Assembly (NCBI RefSeq): GCF_001194135.2
Contig: NC_068982.1
Location: forward strand, 5,015,691 to 5,079,690
Reading direction: 5' to 3'
Source: Octopus bimaculoides
Taxonomy: Eukaryota
DNA: 64,000 nucleotides
Part shown: piece by piece, positions 38,141 to 51,572 of the stretch
Layout of the letters: each line of letters opens with the position of its first letter
Numbering within the stretch: the stretch's first letter is position 1
Notes under the pieces: generated by a model
What the model saw: only the letters and a program-made list of their open reading frames with translations
What the model was told of the DNA's origin: nothing
Database searches by the model: none
Made by a program: the position numbers and the translations under genes

Positions 38141-39469
38141 AATTGAAGAAAAAAGTACATACACACATACACCCACACACGAGTGCAAATTCATATATAA
38201 TGAATACATAAAAGACTTTTCCATATTTAAATATTTGCAAATGAAAACAATTGAATATAAGAAGTTGAAACAGTGACACAAAGAGAGAGAGAGAGAGAGA
38301 GAGAGAGGAGGGGTAGTTGCAAAGAAGGAAACTGAGGTTAAGGGCTAAGAGTGAGAGAGAAAAAGGACATATAGAGAAAGAAAAAAGACTAATGAAATAG
38401 AAATGGTAAACAAAGAAAAGATGAAAAGAGAGAGAGAGAGAGGGGGGATAGGATTTTATCTTACAGTGAATTAAAATTGTATAATAAAAGGATTCTAGAA
38501 ACCACATTTTGATAAAAATATATTAAAATTGGAATTTTTAAGAATTTTCCAGAGAGTGTAGACTTTAATAAGTGTTTTCTTTTAGTAAAAGTTACATACT
38601 CCAAATTAACTAATATACAACTTTTTTTTTATCACAGTATAGATGACTTTCGGCCCACTCTATGTATGTATATATATATATCATAGGTACAACCATAGTA
38701 TACAGGTACAGACATGGCATTTAGATGTAAACAGGCCTCTGTGGTTCAGACATGGCATTCATATGTAAACAGGCTTTGTAGCTATATGGTTTCTGGTTCA
38801 GTTTTATTGAATGCTACTTTGAACAAGAATCTTCTTAAAAGCCTGCAATGTAAGGAAATTGTAAGGAAGCTTGTTATACATAAGTATTTGTGTGATATAT
38901 ATTATATTTGTGTGTGTATCTGTGTGTGTACCTCTGTGTGTACCTGTGTGTGTGTGTGTGTGTGTGTGTTTGTCTTGGCATATTTTCAAATTGAAATTGC
39001 TTCAGAATAATGCTAATGTCCCATGTGAGCAAATACACCTGTAGCTGGTTGGTTTGTATCAGAGAATACTGATATCAAAAACCTCATCCAACTCATGACA
39101 ATATGGTAAAAGTAAAAACAATGATGAAGATACACACACACACATACACACGTATATGTATCAAACACAACTACATACATATGTATACGCATATATGCAT
39201 ACCCATGTACATGGAAACATACACAGCACATTCACAAATACACATATCCTAACAAACGCAAAAGCATTGAGTAAAATGAAATAATATTATGGAAATTCAT
39301 ACTGACATTTTTACAATTTAATATATAATCTAACACTGGAAAGCCTGTTTAAAAGCTTATAATTTCATAAAATCAATACTGTTTTAACATGCATCAAAAC
39401 AATGCATTAATATCAAACAATCATTTGAGTTAATTATTTGCCAAAGAATTCTATGTAGATATCAAAATG

Positions 39470-39731
39470 TAGGGTGTTCAAAAAGTCTCCCCGCAGTAAG
39501 TATTTTATTGCAAAATAAAGATAAGATGGTATAAGACTACAAAAGAATTTATTATACTTTACAAGACTTTAAAAAAAAACACTTTATAAGAGGTGTTGAA
39601 AGTGTCGTCCTTCATTTTCAATACATAAGTTGACTCTTCAACACATGTTTTGAAATACATCTTGGAGAGTCAGACTCTTGTAGAGTCGGGATGAAAAAAA
39701 TTCACTGCGGAGAGACTTTTTGAACACTCTG
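39470..39731. mobile_element. Tc1/mariner-type MITE, 28-bp TIRs
   Basis: (t)agggtgttcaaaaagtctccccgcagt at 39470-39497 versus actgcggagagactttttgaacactctg at 39704-39731; TA flanks mutated. Confidence 0.8.
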
Positions 39732-41479
39732 CATAATTGGAAGATTGAAACCTCTCATTGAAAACAAAGATACATAAATATAATCTGAAGGCTTTTATGA
39801 ATGATTTCTTTTGACTAGACTTTAAGCCAACCTTTGTAATAACAATACGTTGCTGATTTCTTTGACTGTTCAATGTTATCTTTTATAGTATTTTTCATTT
39901 CTGGAGATTTAGAATATATGAAGTCAACCATAAGCGGATCTAGACTCGAAAAGATAAGAAATGAAACTAAATCCCCATTAAAATATTTAATCTCGTGCAC
40001 TATTTTTCTAACCAACAAGCAAACAGAAATACACTTTTACTGTTTACCATATTTTTTTCCCTTCAATTTTCTTTCTGCTTTTTTTTTTTTTTTAATTTTA
40101 AATATTTAACCAGTGATAAAACAAACTGTTGGTATTTAGCCATTGGTTAATATCAGCTGAACATACTTTACAATCAGAAATATTCAAGCCAATAGCCATC
40201 CTTTTTTTTTTTTTTTTTCACCCCAGACAGGTTACTAGGACAACATTATCTCATTTAGGCTATCCTGTATTAGACAGGAGTATCTGGTTTGAGAGATTTG
40301 GCTGCTACTCCTAATAAATCAAATGGCTGCCTAGAGACTCCTTCAACTAAGCTTTTTTTCTTTTTTATATTTTTATTGTTGCCTTGACCTTTTGCTGTGT
40401 ATTAAAAATGAACTTTGTCAGCCAGGCAGATTAAATGAAGCAGAGTCATGCATTTATAACAATTATGCAACAAAATTGGTCCTGGAGGAAGCCTGTAAGT
40501 GATCACGTAACCTGCTAGAAATAGAAGCAAAATCTTCTTTAACCCTACTGTCTTAAAAAGGACACATTAGATAACACAGTCTGAGTTACAATATGTCTGA
40601 AAACCAAAAAAAAAATGGAATTATCATGACTACAATATTTTTGAACATAGATCTGATCTAGGACTAAATAACAACAACAAAAGAAAACAGCCGAAACAGT
40701 GTTTAGAGTCAGTAACCTCCCCCAACCCTTCCAGTGGGGAGGGTGACCCCATTCCTCACCAGGTATTATTAGCTTTGAAAGACACTGTCATGCTAATCCC
40801 ATAACTGTTGCTATCCTATGCTCAGGTGCAGAAATTTGCAGGTAGCACTTAGTCGGCTGACCTGTACTTTATTTTATTACCTTGGAAGGATAAAAAGGTG
40901 AAGTTGATCTCAGTGTGATTTGAACTCACAATGTAGAGAACTGGAACAAATACTGAAAATATGCTCAAGTGATTCTGCTAATTAAACACTGTCGAACTAA
41001 TCAGACACATGGCAAATCTGTTATCATGTTGGGAGCAAGTCAACAAAAAGAAAAAAAGAAAACAATGACACATCTGTGTCATGCAAATGCTTACATTTAA
41101 ATAAGAAGCTATGAGTATGTATTATCCTGTTTAACATTACAGTAAGTAAAGTTGTAACAATGACTGTTAATTGTTCAACACCCAAACTGTTCTCATATAA
41201 ATGACTACCATAAGAAGACAAAAAGCAACCTAAGATATGTTATCACCACCACCTTGACCCATTAAGATTCCTGGAAGAATATAGGCTCTCTCTCTATGGC
41301 AGTTCTGTTCTGTGTTTTCCTTTTCATTTTATTCTGTGTCCACCCTGTAAGCTTCTATCCTTCTAGTTTTCACCAGATGAATATCGAATGTCCGACCTTT
41401 CTTTTCACCTCTATGTTCCCATCCAAGGCTTCTCTTGACAAACACTCCTCTGGTCTTCTTAATGTACAGCCTACTGTCT

Positions 41480-41760
41480 CCATTAGAGTTAATGTAGAGG
41501 ATCTTGCAGTAAGATTTGGAGAAGCAAGCCATGCCTTCAACATTTTAAAATCTGTCCTGGAAAGCCAAAGCATTGACCAAATGTATTTCAAGAGGAGAAT
41601 TTTCAATAACAACATTAAATCATTCCTGCTATACAGTGCCAAGTCATAGCAAATGAACAGAGATATTCTCAGTAAGCTCCAAAAATTTACAATTAGGTGC
41701 CTTAGAAGATTATAAGCATCAAATAAGATGAAATTATGAGATATAATATATTCTAAAATA
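41480..41760 (+). mobile_element. RTE-clade LINE ORF2 fragment, decayed
   Basis: DLAVRFGEASHAFNILKSVLESQSIDQMYFKRRIFNNNIKSFLLYSAKS*QMNRDILSKLQKFTIRCLRR (~DI..RIGKA..AF..L..IW.S..I...KLRIFNSNVKSVLLYG.ETW...KLQ.F..RCLR). Confidence 0.85.
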
Positions 41761-42819
41761 ACATTCTGGATGCGAATAATGATCTTTGACATTGGAAGTC
41801 GAATTTTCAGTTACTTTGCTATTATCCAGTGATCGTGAAATATGAGTATTTCTTTTTTTTTTAACAGAAAATACCTATTTCAGTTTTCCAAGAGTGAGAA
41901 CAGAAAGCTTTATCACAGCTGTGATTTTTTTCAACTAAATAAAATGCAACCTACTGGCATGATGATGAGAGGTTGATAGAACAGGTAATGACTGTAACCA
42001 AAGCTTCTATTGTATTCTCTCTGTCTTTATAACTTCAACATGTGAACCGCTGTATTTATAGCTTACCATTGAAGCAGCCAAAGTGCAACAAATTTGCAAA
42101 ATAAGCAGTCAATTACTGGATGCATTGAAGCATAATTCTTTTACCATCACCGGAAGAGAAAAATAATATATTAACCTACATTTAAAGATAATTACTAAAA
42201 GCATTATACCATATATCTGACCAGATCCACTCCGCTTTGCACTGACCATACTGTCCGAAAATTTTCATTAACTGAACTCAATTGAGTTATCTTTTCTGTT
42301 TGTTGTTTTTAGCTTTAAACACTCTCAGATGTTTTTGTCTATTAATTGCTCGGATAATCTCAGATGATTGAAGTTCTGCAGCTCATTATATTAGATATGT
42401 GAGACCCTGCCGTATTTGTATTCAGTAAATAGAACACTTCCTTCGGTCATATTGTATTTATCTGGTCAACTGGTAATATACAAGCTATCAAAGGAATTGC
42501 ATTCCAAGAAGGAAGTGTCTTTGAAGTTACTAGAATATAGCTACAAGAATTCACTGACCAAAGTCCTTACCATTTCTTTATTAATTTGTTGACAGAAACT
42601 AGAGCAGATATTTTTGGAGCAGATCCTCCCGGAATCAAATCTTTTAGGACAATATGCACACTCTAATAACAGGAAGGCAATGTTTACAGACGTTGATTGA
42701 ATAAAACTTCATTTTATGATATAGACTTTCTCTGCATGTATTCTTTTAATTTAACAAGACAGTCGAGGACTTACCAATAATAATATCTACTAATTTCATA
42801 AAAGAAAATCAACAAAGGT

Positions 42820-42997
42820 GTGACTTGTGGTAAGAAGCATGCTTCCCAACCACATGGCTCTGGGTTTAGTCCCATTGCATGGTACCTTGGGTAAGTGTCT
42901 TCTGCTATAGCTTCAGGACAACCAAAATTTTGTGAGTGGATTTGGTAGATGGAAACTGAAAGAAGCCTATCATATATATATATATATATATATATCC

Positions 42998-43046
<49 letters not shown>

Positions 43047-43073
43047 NNNNNNNNNNNNNNNNNNNNNNNNNNN

Positions 43074-43138
<65 letters not shown>

Positions 43139-43250
43139 TCCACCACTGCTCAACAACTGGTGTTGGTGTGTTTACATCCCAGTAACTTAGCGGTTTGGCC
43201 AAATAAACAAACAGATTAAGTTCTAGGCTTAAAAGGGAAGTACCAGGGTT
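42820..43250 (+). mobile_element. SINE family K with internal (TA)(GA)-gap-(TG) compound microsatellite
   Basis: Head at 42820, N-gap 43047-43073 inside the microsatellite. Confidence 0.85.
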
Positions 43251-44500
43251 AATTCATGCTACCATTATGGATGCCATTGACCATGACTATGGTCTCACTT
43301 GCCTTGACAGGTCAATACAAGCACTGTATATCACTGTGGGTCTTGGTCCCCTGTTATTGCCTTCATGAGGCCCAACGCTCAAGTGGTGCTTTTACGTGCC
43401 TCTGGCATGGGTACAAGTCAGACAGCACCAACATCAGCCATGACTACGATTTCACTCGGTTCAAAAGGTCTTCACAAGCACAACATATCGCCCAACAATT
43501 GAAGGGTGCTTTTAATGGGCCAGTTATGCAACACTGGCATTGGACACGACTACGATCCCACTTGGCTTGATGTCACTGGACCTAACACACGAGTGGTGCT
43601 TTTTACATGCCACCAACATGGGTGCCAGTCAGATGGCACTGGCATTGACCAAAACTATAATTTCACTTGGTTCCACAGGTCTTCACAACCACAGCATATC
43701 ACCCAACGATTGAGGGTTACTTTTAACAGTCCAGTTACATGAAACTGGCATCAACCTTGACTATGATCGCACTTGACTTGATGGGTCTTCTCAAGCCTGG
43801 CATATCTCCAAAGGTCTTGGTCGCTTGTCACTGCTTCTGTGAGGACCAACGTTCAAAGATCATGCTTCATCACATTGTCAGCCTGTGTCTTCCTCTTCCA
43901 CAGCTTCCTTCAACAATTAGAGTGCAACACTTCTTCACACAGCTGTCCTCGTCCATACACATCACATGACCATACCAGTGCAGTCATCTCTCCTGTACAC
44001 CACATCTGATGCTTCTTATGTCCAACTTTTCTCTTAGGATGCTTACACTCTGTCATGCATGCACATTGACATTATACATCCAGTGGAGCATACTAGCTTC
44101 ATTTCTTACAAACCTACGTATGTCCTCAGCTGTCACAGTCCATGTTTCACTGCTGTGTAGCATGGCATCATAGAGTCTACCTTTCACTCTGAGCGAGAGG
44201 CCCTTTGTTACCAGCAGAAGTAGGAACTCTCTGAACTTTGCCCAGCCTATTCTTATTCTAGCAGCNNNNNNNNNNNNNNNNNNNNNNNNNNNNNNNNNNN
44301 NNNNNNNGGCATCATAGAGTCTACCTTTCACTCTGAGCGAGAGGCCCTTTGTTACCAGCAGAAGTAGGAACTCTCTGAACTTTGCCCAGCCTATTCTTAT
44401 TCTAGCAGCTGCACTCTCAGAGTATCCATCCCTTCTACTGATTTGGTCACCTCAGTAATGGAAGCTATCAACTACTTCTAGTTTTCCCCGCTAGCATGTG
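43245..44500 (-). mobile_element. 5'-truncated family R RTE LINE (ORF2 end plus 3' UTR units)
   Basis: AARIRIGWAKFREFLLLLVTKGLSLRVKGRLYDAMLHSSETWTVTAEDIRRFVRNEASMLHWMYNVNVH, then ...VMKHDL*TLVLTEAVTSDQDLWRYA; links the coding RTE to the abundant family R UTR. Confidence 0.9.
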
Positions 44501-46489
44501 ATGAAATCTCTTTTCTGTACATTTTCAGTGTTTATTGTACCTGTGCATCTTCCATACACAATGTATATATATTCACCATGATAGATCGCTAGCCACTAAA
44601 CCTTTTTCTATTTTCTCTCCCTGTTTATTTCTGTATTCCTTTCTGTCAAAGAGTGTAGGCTCGAAACGTAAAAGACATTCTCACTTCCCGAGCATTAAAC
44701 TAATACACCTGTTTGTTGTTTACACACCTGTCTTTGTCTTTTGGTTTTTTTTTTTTTTGTAAATTCTCATGATGGACTTCTTACAGTTTATGCTTTTTCA
44801 CAAAGCTTTGGTTGGCCTGAGGCTATTGTAGAAGACACTTGTCCAAGGTGCCACATAGCTGAACTGAACCCAGAACCACGCTTTTAGCAAGCAAACTTCT
44901 TACCACACTGTCACACCTGTACCTATTACCTTACTTTACAAAAATAATAACAACATAAATAACATATTCAATTCATGAAGGACACCTAACACAAGAAGTC
45001 ACCTGGATGTTGTTCAATAGTTTCAGCAAGGTTACAAGACAAAATTAATTACACAAAGTTTTGGCAGGAATATCTGTAGTCTGTTGGATTCTTCAGACAA
45101 AAATAAGTCTTATTGTTAATACTCAATTGAACAGCACCAGTTGCAGAAAGTAAAACTTCTTACATATGAACCTAGCATCCATACACTCAAAACGTCACTT
45201 TATATGTCTTTGCCTCACTTTCTTTGATCAAATGTCTTTGCATAATCTATTTTTGGCTACACACACCATTCCTTTTTGAAATTCTTACCACTCAAAATAT
45301 GGCTCTCAACCAAGTATTGAAAATAAATTTTTTAAAATGTCACTTGAGAATGAAATGCATTTGCTTTTCCAACCTGCTTAGAAATTATCTCGCATATAAC
45401 TCGTTTACCTTTTGTTATATACCAAACATTTACACTGAAGGCCCAGCACATGGAAACGTCTTGATTTCTCAGTGTCCAATAAACTAAATGCACAGCAATA
45501 TTCAACAGAAATACATTCTCTCTTAGGACATCTGTTACCAAAGCTCTAATCTTTGCAGAATTTATTTAGTGATTATTTTCTGTAAATTGTAATATCCATT
45601 GAGAAATTGCTTTCTCTCACAAACTCGCATATACATATATACTCACAGGAATGCATCATTGATTTTTTTGAAACTCCTCTATTAATCTTCAATTTTCCAA
45701 CATTGTTTTATTCTTCATTGTTTCATATTCTCTCTCCCTTTCTCTCTATTCTCTGAAATCTCTTAGAAACAACATATGCATGTATTTATGCAACATTTTC
45801 ATGTTTTTCTTTTGATTCTTCTCTATCAATATTTTCTGACAGTTTAAGAATAAGAAGAAAATTAAAGAAAAACTAGTCCAAAACATTTACATGCTTCTAA
45901 AAAGAAAATCATTTGTAATGAATAAAAAAAAATACATGAAAGGAATTTTTCATGAAGCTAAAATCCTAAGAGCCTTAAAAATATCTTGCTATTGCAAATA
46001 TTTTTATGTTCTTATATGTGTAGAAATACAAGATTCATAAATGGAGGAATAATAATCAGACAGGCTGGATAGTAGCACTGCGAGGACATTGATTAAAGGT
46101 CAATGTGTACAGAGAATGGTGACTGATGTGATTGACTAGCGGCAAAAGTGTAGAAGTCACATAAAAACAAACACAAGTTCACGGAAGAAAATATATTTGG
46201 TTTGTTTGGTAGAATCAATCAAATCAAATCAAATAGAAAGAATTTAAAAGGAAAGATATTTTGATCAATAAGAAACTTCTATTACCAAACATTTTATGAA
46301 AACGGTCTTATGGCCAGCATAAATATGTTCATAAATCCTTAATATAGTGAAGTTGCAACAGAAATAATTCTTTCTTTATTAGCTACAAAGGCTGCAGAAA
46401 TTTTTAGGACAAAATCAAGACAAAGGGCAATCTGGGTTTACATAGAAATGTATAAACACAAAAACCAATAACAATTTTCAAAAGAATCT

Positions 46490-47150
46490 TGGCTGTGTGG
46501 CAAACAGCTTCTTTCCTAACCACATCGTTCTGGTTTCAGTCCCACTGCATGGCCCTTTGGGCAACTGTCTTCTACAATACGATCAAAGCCTTGTAAGTGG
46601 ATTTGGTAGACAGAAACTGAAAGAAGTCTGTTGTATGTGTGTGATTGTGAGTTTGTGTCTATGTTTGCCGTCACCACTTGACAACCAGTGTTGGTGTGTT
46701 TATGTCCCTGTAATCTAGCATTTCGGCAAAAGAGAGTGACAGAGTAAGTACTAGGCTTTGAAAATAAGTACTGGGGGTCAATTTGCTTGCCTAAAAATCC
46801 TTCAGGTTGGTACTCCAGCATGGCCGTAGACTAATGACTGAAACAAGTAAAACAGAGATAAAAGATATTCAATCTCAAAGACTATAAATTCTTGTATTCT
46901 TTTATTTGTTTCATTCATTTGACTGTGGCCATGCTGGAGCACAACTTTAGTCAAACAAATCGACCCCAGGACTTATTCTTACTTATTCTATCAGTCTCTT
47001 TTGCTGAACCACTAAGTTATGGGGAGGTAAACACACCAACACTGGTTGTCAAGCAAAGGTGGGGGGAGAAACACAGACACACAAATGCATACATACATAT
47101 ATATATGACAGGCTTCTTTCAGTTTCCGTCTACTAAATTCACTCAACTAT
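46490..47150. mobile_element. Tail-to-tail SINE K pair: plus 46490-46865, minus 46895-47150
   Basis: ...catggccgtagactaatgactgaaacaagtaaaa, ~40 nt spacer, ttttatttgtttcattcatttgactgtggccatg... Confidence 0.85.
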
Positions 47151-47812
47151 TTCTACAAACTCACCACCATAAATTCATAAGAAAAATGTTTGCACAGTAT
47201 TTTTAAGTTTGCTTTAAATTTCACATCTATTTTTAGTTCCTAATAATAATTTTATCAAGACATGGCCATAAATGTGTCTTTGCTATCTGATTCCAACTGC
47301 TTGATTATTGATATAATACAATCCCATAGGTCTGCAGCTGTAAGGCAAAGAGATGATAAAATACGACATTATAAATGACTTTATTCACTCGTCCTGACCT
47401 ACCGTTGTTCTTAATACATAAATCTAGAAAAGTTGCCCAGGTATGCTACATATAAACTTACATCGTTGCTACATGCATTAATTATGTGCTGCTACAGTTG
47501 TGCAACACAGTGAAATTTCTCTGCTCATATAGCACCAGCGATGTCAAATCGTTCCCCACACATACAACTTTGAGAAACAATTCCACCAGCTCTCAATGCT
47601 CAATAGCAGAGAACTTCTCTGATATGTATTCTTAGAACTGTTGCAACACCAAAGACGAGGAAATTAGATTTGCATGCGCTAGTGCTACATAAGAAAAGTA
47701 CCCATGCTGATGCCACATAGCAAAGCACCGGCAATGGCACCGTGTAAGAAAAACACCCAATGCATTCTGTAGGTATTAGGAAGGGTATCCAACCATAGAA
47801 ACCATGCCATTT

Positions 47813-49166
47813 CAAACATTAACACATTAAGTATACGTGTTTACACTTTACACAGTCATAATAATACGATTTTCAAAGAATAAGAAGAAAACAATGAGAA
47901 AATATACATTTAATTAATACGCAGGTAACGTCTTAGTTTACTCATTGAAAACTAAGCACCTGCTATTGTTGGGGTTTAAAAACTCTTAAAACTAACAAAG
48001 ATGGAACTTGCTTAGATTCTTTTCACAGTTCTTACTGCATGATGCAATGACTTAGTTACAAGTGAAGAATATTACCTGGTTTGACTGCTTTAAAAGAAGA
48101 GCTTAATATTTCTTTTAGATGTGATATTTCTAAGTTACAGGAATCCATTGAACCACTGGAATATTTTGTTTTTCTATCAATACTACGTTAGAATTGGTGA
48201 ATAAGATCACAATGTAAGAAATAAAGGTTCAGGTATTTTAAATGCTAGCGTATAAGTTAATTTGTAGAAATGTGACAACATGACTAAATCAGAGAACATA
48301 TGGACAGAAGTGCTGTGAATAAAAAAAGGAAAACAATTTTTGTTTTTTACTGTCGAGCCCCAAACACCTGGACACGATGTCAAGGTAAGTCAAGACAAAT
48401 CACCTTTTACTTGTTTCAGTCATTAGACTGTGGCCATGCTGGGGCACTGCCTTCAAGAATTTTTAGTCGAATGAATTGACCCAGCACTTTTTCTTTAAAG
48501 CTCGGCACTTATTCTATCAGTCTCTTTTGCTGAACTGCAAAGTTATTGGGATGTAAACACACCAACACTAGTTGTCAACACACACACACACACACACAGT
48601 GGGTTTCTTTCAGTTTCTGTCTACAAGGCTTTGGTCAGCTCAAGGCCATAGTAGAAGACACTTGCCAAAGGTGCCACACAGCTTATAGTAAGATCTGAGC
48701 TCAGTTAATGAAAATTAATGAAGCATTCTGTGCTTTTACAGTAGTCCCACAGCTTAGACTAGTGAACAGCTCCAAGTCATAGAATACCTAATTAAAATTA
48801 GGTGGCTTCATCATTGAGAATGTTAAGTATAACGGCCAACAATACAATACTGTTAAGAGATTATGTAATATTGGCTCATTAGTGTTTTTCTGGTGCTTTA
48901 TTGTCTGTGTTGCAGTTATTACCTGATATATTCCTACAAATCTTTCTTTCAGTGATTCCTGTCAGCTAAAGTACCCTGAGACTAGTCCTATGTGTCAAAC
49001 TTTGAATGTTTTCCTCTGTGTCAGCCAACAGTCTCAAAACATTAACACATTAAATATACTTGTTTACACTTTACACAGTCATAATAATATTATTTTCAAA
49101 GAATAAGAAGACAATGAGATAATGTACATTTAATTAATACACAGGTAATGTCTTAATTTACTCATT
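47813..49166 (+). repeat. Dispersed ~132-bp direct duplication (47813-47946 and 49036-49166)
   Basis: aaacattaacacattaa.tatac.tgtttacactttacacagtcataataata..attttcaaagaataagaaga...ttactcatt in both copies, few substitutions and indels. Confidence 0.9.
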
Positions 49167-49169
49167 CAG

Positions 49170-49330
49170 GTGCGTTAACATTATCCATTCAAGATATTCT
49201 CTTCAGCACCTTTATCATTCTACGTAGCTGGTCTCTTGGTATTCTGTCAATGTTCCAAACATCAACATCACAGTTCTACCCAACACACCATGCCTCCACA
49301 TCAAATATGCAGAAAGGATATTAGTGTCAT
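49170..49330 (-). mobile_element. Highly decayed RTE-like ORF2 fragment
   Basis: DVEAWCVG*...QLRRMIKVLKRIS*MDNV (~YG.EAW...RRMLRISW.D.V). Confidence 0.5.
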
Positions 49331-49554
49331 TCCAATAAACAGATGTTTACGTTCAATTATTCCCTAGTCACTGGAAATCCTAAGCAATTTGATATTGTGC
49401 ATGTGTATGTTTATATGAATAAACATATATGTATTCTGGTAGTATCACATACACGAAATACACTCATGTATTATACAAAGACATTTAAATGGACGAATAG
49501 AGACAAACAGGCAAGCATAATTAGAATGTAAGTTTATATTTGATAATTCTTTTT

Positions 49555-49945
49555 TCTTTTCCCTGTTTCAGTCATTTGACTGCAGCCATGCTGGAGCACC
49601 GCCTTTAGTTGAATGAATCAACTCCAGGACTTATTCTTTGTAAGCCTAGTACTTATTCTATAGTCCTCTTTTGCCAAACTGCTAAGTTACGGGGACATAA
49701 ACACACCAGCATTGGTTGTCAAGCAATGGTGGTGGGGACAAACACAGACACACCAACTCACACACACACACACACGACAGGCTTCTTTCAGTTTCCAGTT
49801 TCCGTCAACCAAATCCACTCACAAGGCTTTGGTCGGTCCGAGGCTATAGCAGAAGACACTTGCCCAAGGTGCCATGCAGTAGGACTGAACCTGGATCCAT
49901 GTGGTTGGGAAGCAAACTTCTTACCACACAGCCACACCTGCACCA
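49555..49945 (-). mobile_element. SINE family K, full length
   Basis: Complete tail-to-head match to the family. Confidence 0.9.
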
Positions 49946-51109
49946 GTATAGAATATAATTGTACAGAATATAAAGATATTTAGTATGTTACAATCCTCAT
50001 CCTCATCATCATTTAACATTCATGTTCCACGCTGGCATGAGTTGGATGGTTTGACAAGGATTCAGTGAGTCAAGGACTGCATCATACCCCTGTGTCTGCT
50101 CTGGTGTGGTTTCTGTAGCTGGATGCCCTTCCTAATGCTCACAAGTCAAGAGACCCAGGAAGGGAGGATGTTACCTTGGTATATTAGATGAAGGTTAAGG
50201 CTTAATATCTTTTGTACTTCTTTCAGTCATTACACTGTAGCCATGCTGGAGCACCATCTTTAATTAAACAAATTGACCCCAGTACTCATTTTTAAAGCCT
50301 GGTACTTATTCTATTGGTCTCTTTCACCGAACCCCCAAGCTATGGGGATGTGAAAACACTCCTGCTGGTTAAACTATGGCTGACACTGAAATATAATATG
50401 CTGGTATGGTTTGGATGGTTTGACAGGAACTGGCTAGGCCAGGAGCTGGCCAGGCCAAGAGTTGCACCAGACTCCAATTGTCTGTTGTGGCATGGTTTCT
50501 ACAGCTGGATGCCCTTCCTAATGCCAACCACTTAACAGAGTGGACTGGATGCTTTTTATATGGCACCATCACCAGTGCTTTTTACAGTTATAGGCAGATA
50601 TTAAAAAATGAAGCTGTAACAGAACTGTATCATTAACGAAAGAGTTATTGGCAGTTTTAAGTTGAGAGAGAGGGACATAAACCTCATTGATCTCATTGGT
50701 GTCAGAGGACCTAAAAGGGCTATGGACATAGCCTTTCCTCAAAACCAAACCAATAAAACTAAAAAGAAATTCCACTCAGATGAAAAGTTTTGATAGATTA
50801 GTCCATTATCTAAGAGTGCATTAATTTCTCAACCACATCATGTCATAGAAAACAGGCAAACACTGGACCAGACAAAGTGGTGGTCCACAAGAGTAAACCT
50901 GTTCCTTAAGATTTTTAGAAAGAAAAGTGTGAGCACAAAATAAAGGTTACCAGAGCAGAAAAGGCTTTAAAGAAAGTGTTCAGTGTAGGATCTGCAATTT
51001 GAAACAAACTAAAGGTGACGAGAGAAGCAGAAATAAACATTTTACGTAAGTTTAGTAGAAGGGTGCATGAAGTCAGCATGTTTAGGTTTAAAAATCGTAA
51101 TATTCGTTT

Positions 51110-51550
51110 CTATTCTAGGTGCGAAATTTTGGGGGAGGGGGGGCAGTCGATTAGAACGACCTCAGTATGCAACTGGTATTGAATTTATTGAATTCCAAAA
51201 GGATGAAAGGCAAAGTCGACCTCAGCGGAATTTGAACTCAGAATGTAAAGACAGACAAAATACCGCTAAGCATTTCGCCCGGCGTGCTAACGTTTCTGCC
51301 AGCTCGCTGCCTTTAAAAGTCATAATATTAAAAGGAGAAGGAAGATGGTGAGCTGGCAGAATTGTTGGTATGCCAGAGAAAATGCTTAGCAGCATTTTGT
51401 CCATCTCTACGTTCTGAGTTCAAATTCTGCTGAGGTCAGATTTGCCTTTTATCCTTTCAGGGGCAATAGAATAAGTACCAGTTATGCACTGGGGTAAATT
51501 TAATCGACTTACACTCTCTCCCAAACTTGCTAGCTTTGAACCAGAATTTG
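51110..51550. mobile_element. Head-to-head SINE N pair: minus 51110-51312, plus 51340-51550
   Basis: ...ggcgtgctaacgtttctgccagctcgctgccttt, ~30 nt, aagatggtgagctggcagaattgttggtatgcc... Confidence 0.9.
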
Positions 51551-51572
51551 AAGCTAATATCAACACATAAAG

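Noticed and set aside
47462-47600. Minus-strand exon with a perfect GTAAGT donor
   Set aside because: All three frames contain stops; a non-coding exon cannot be supported without RNA data.
49170-49280. Terminal exon NCDVDVWNIDRIPRDQLRRMIKVLKRIS*
   Set aside because: Poor acceptor; the context (EAW...RIS*MDNV) fits a decayed RTE ORF2.
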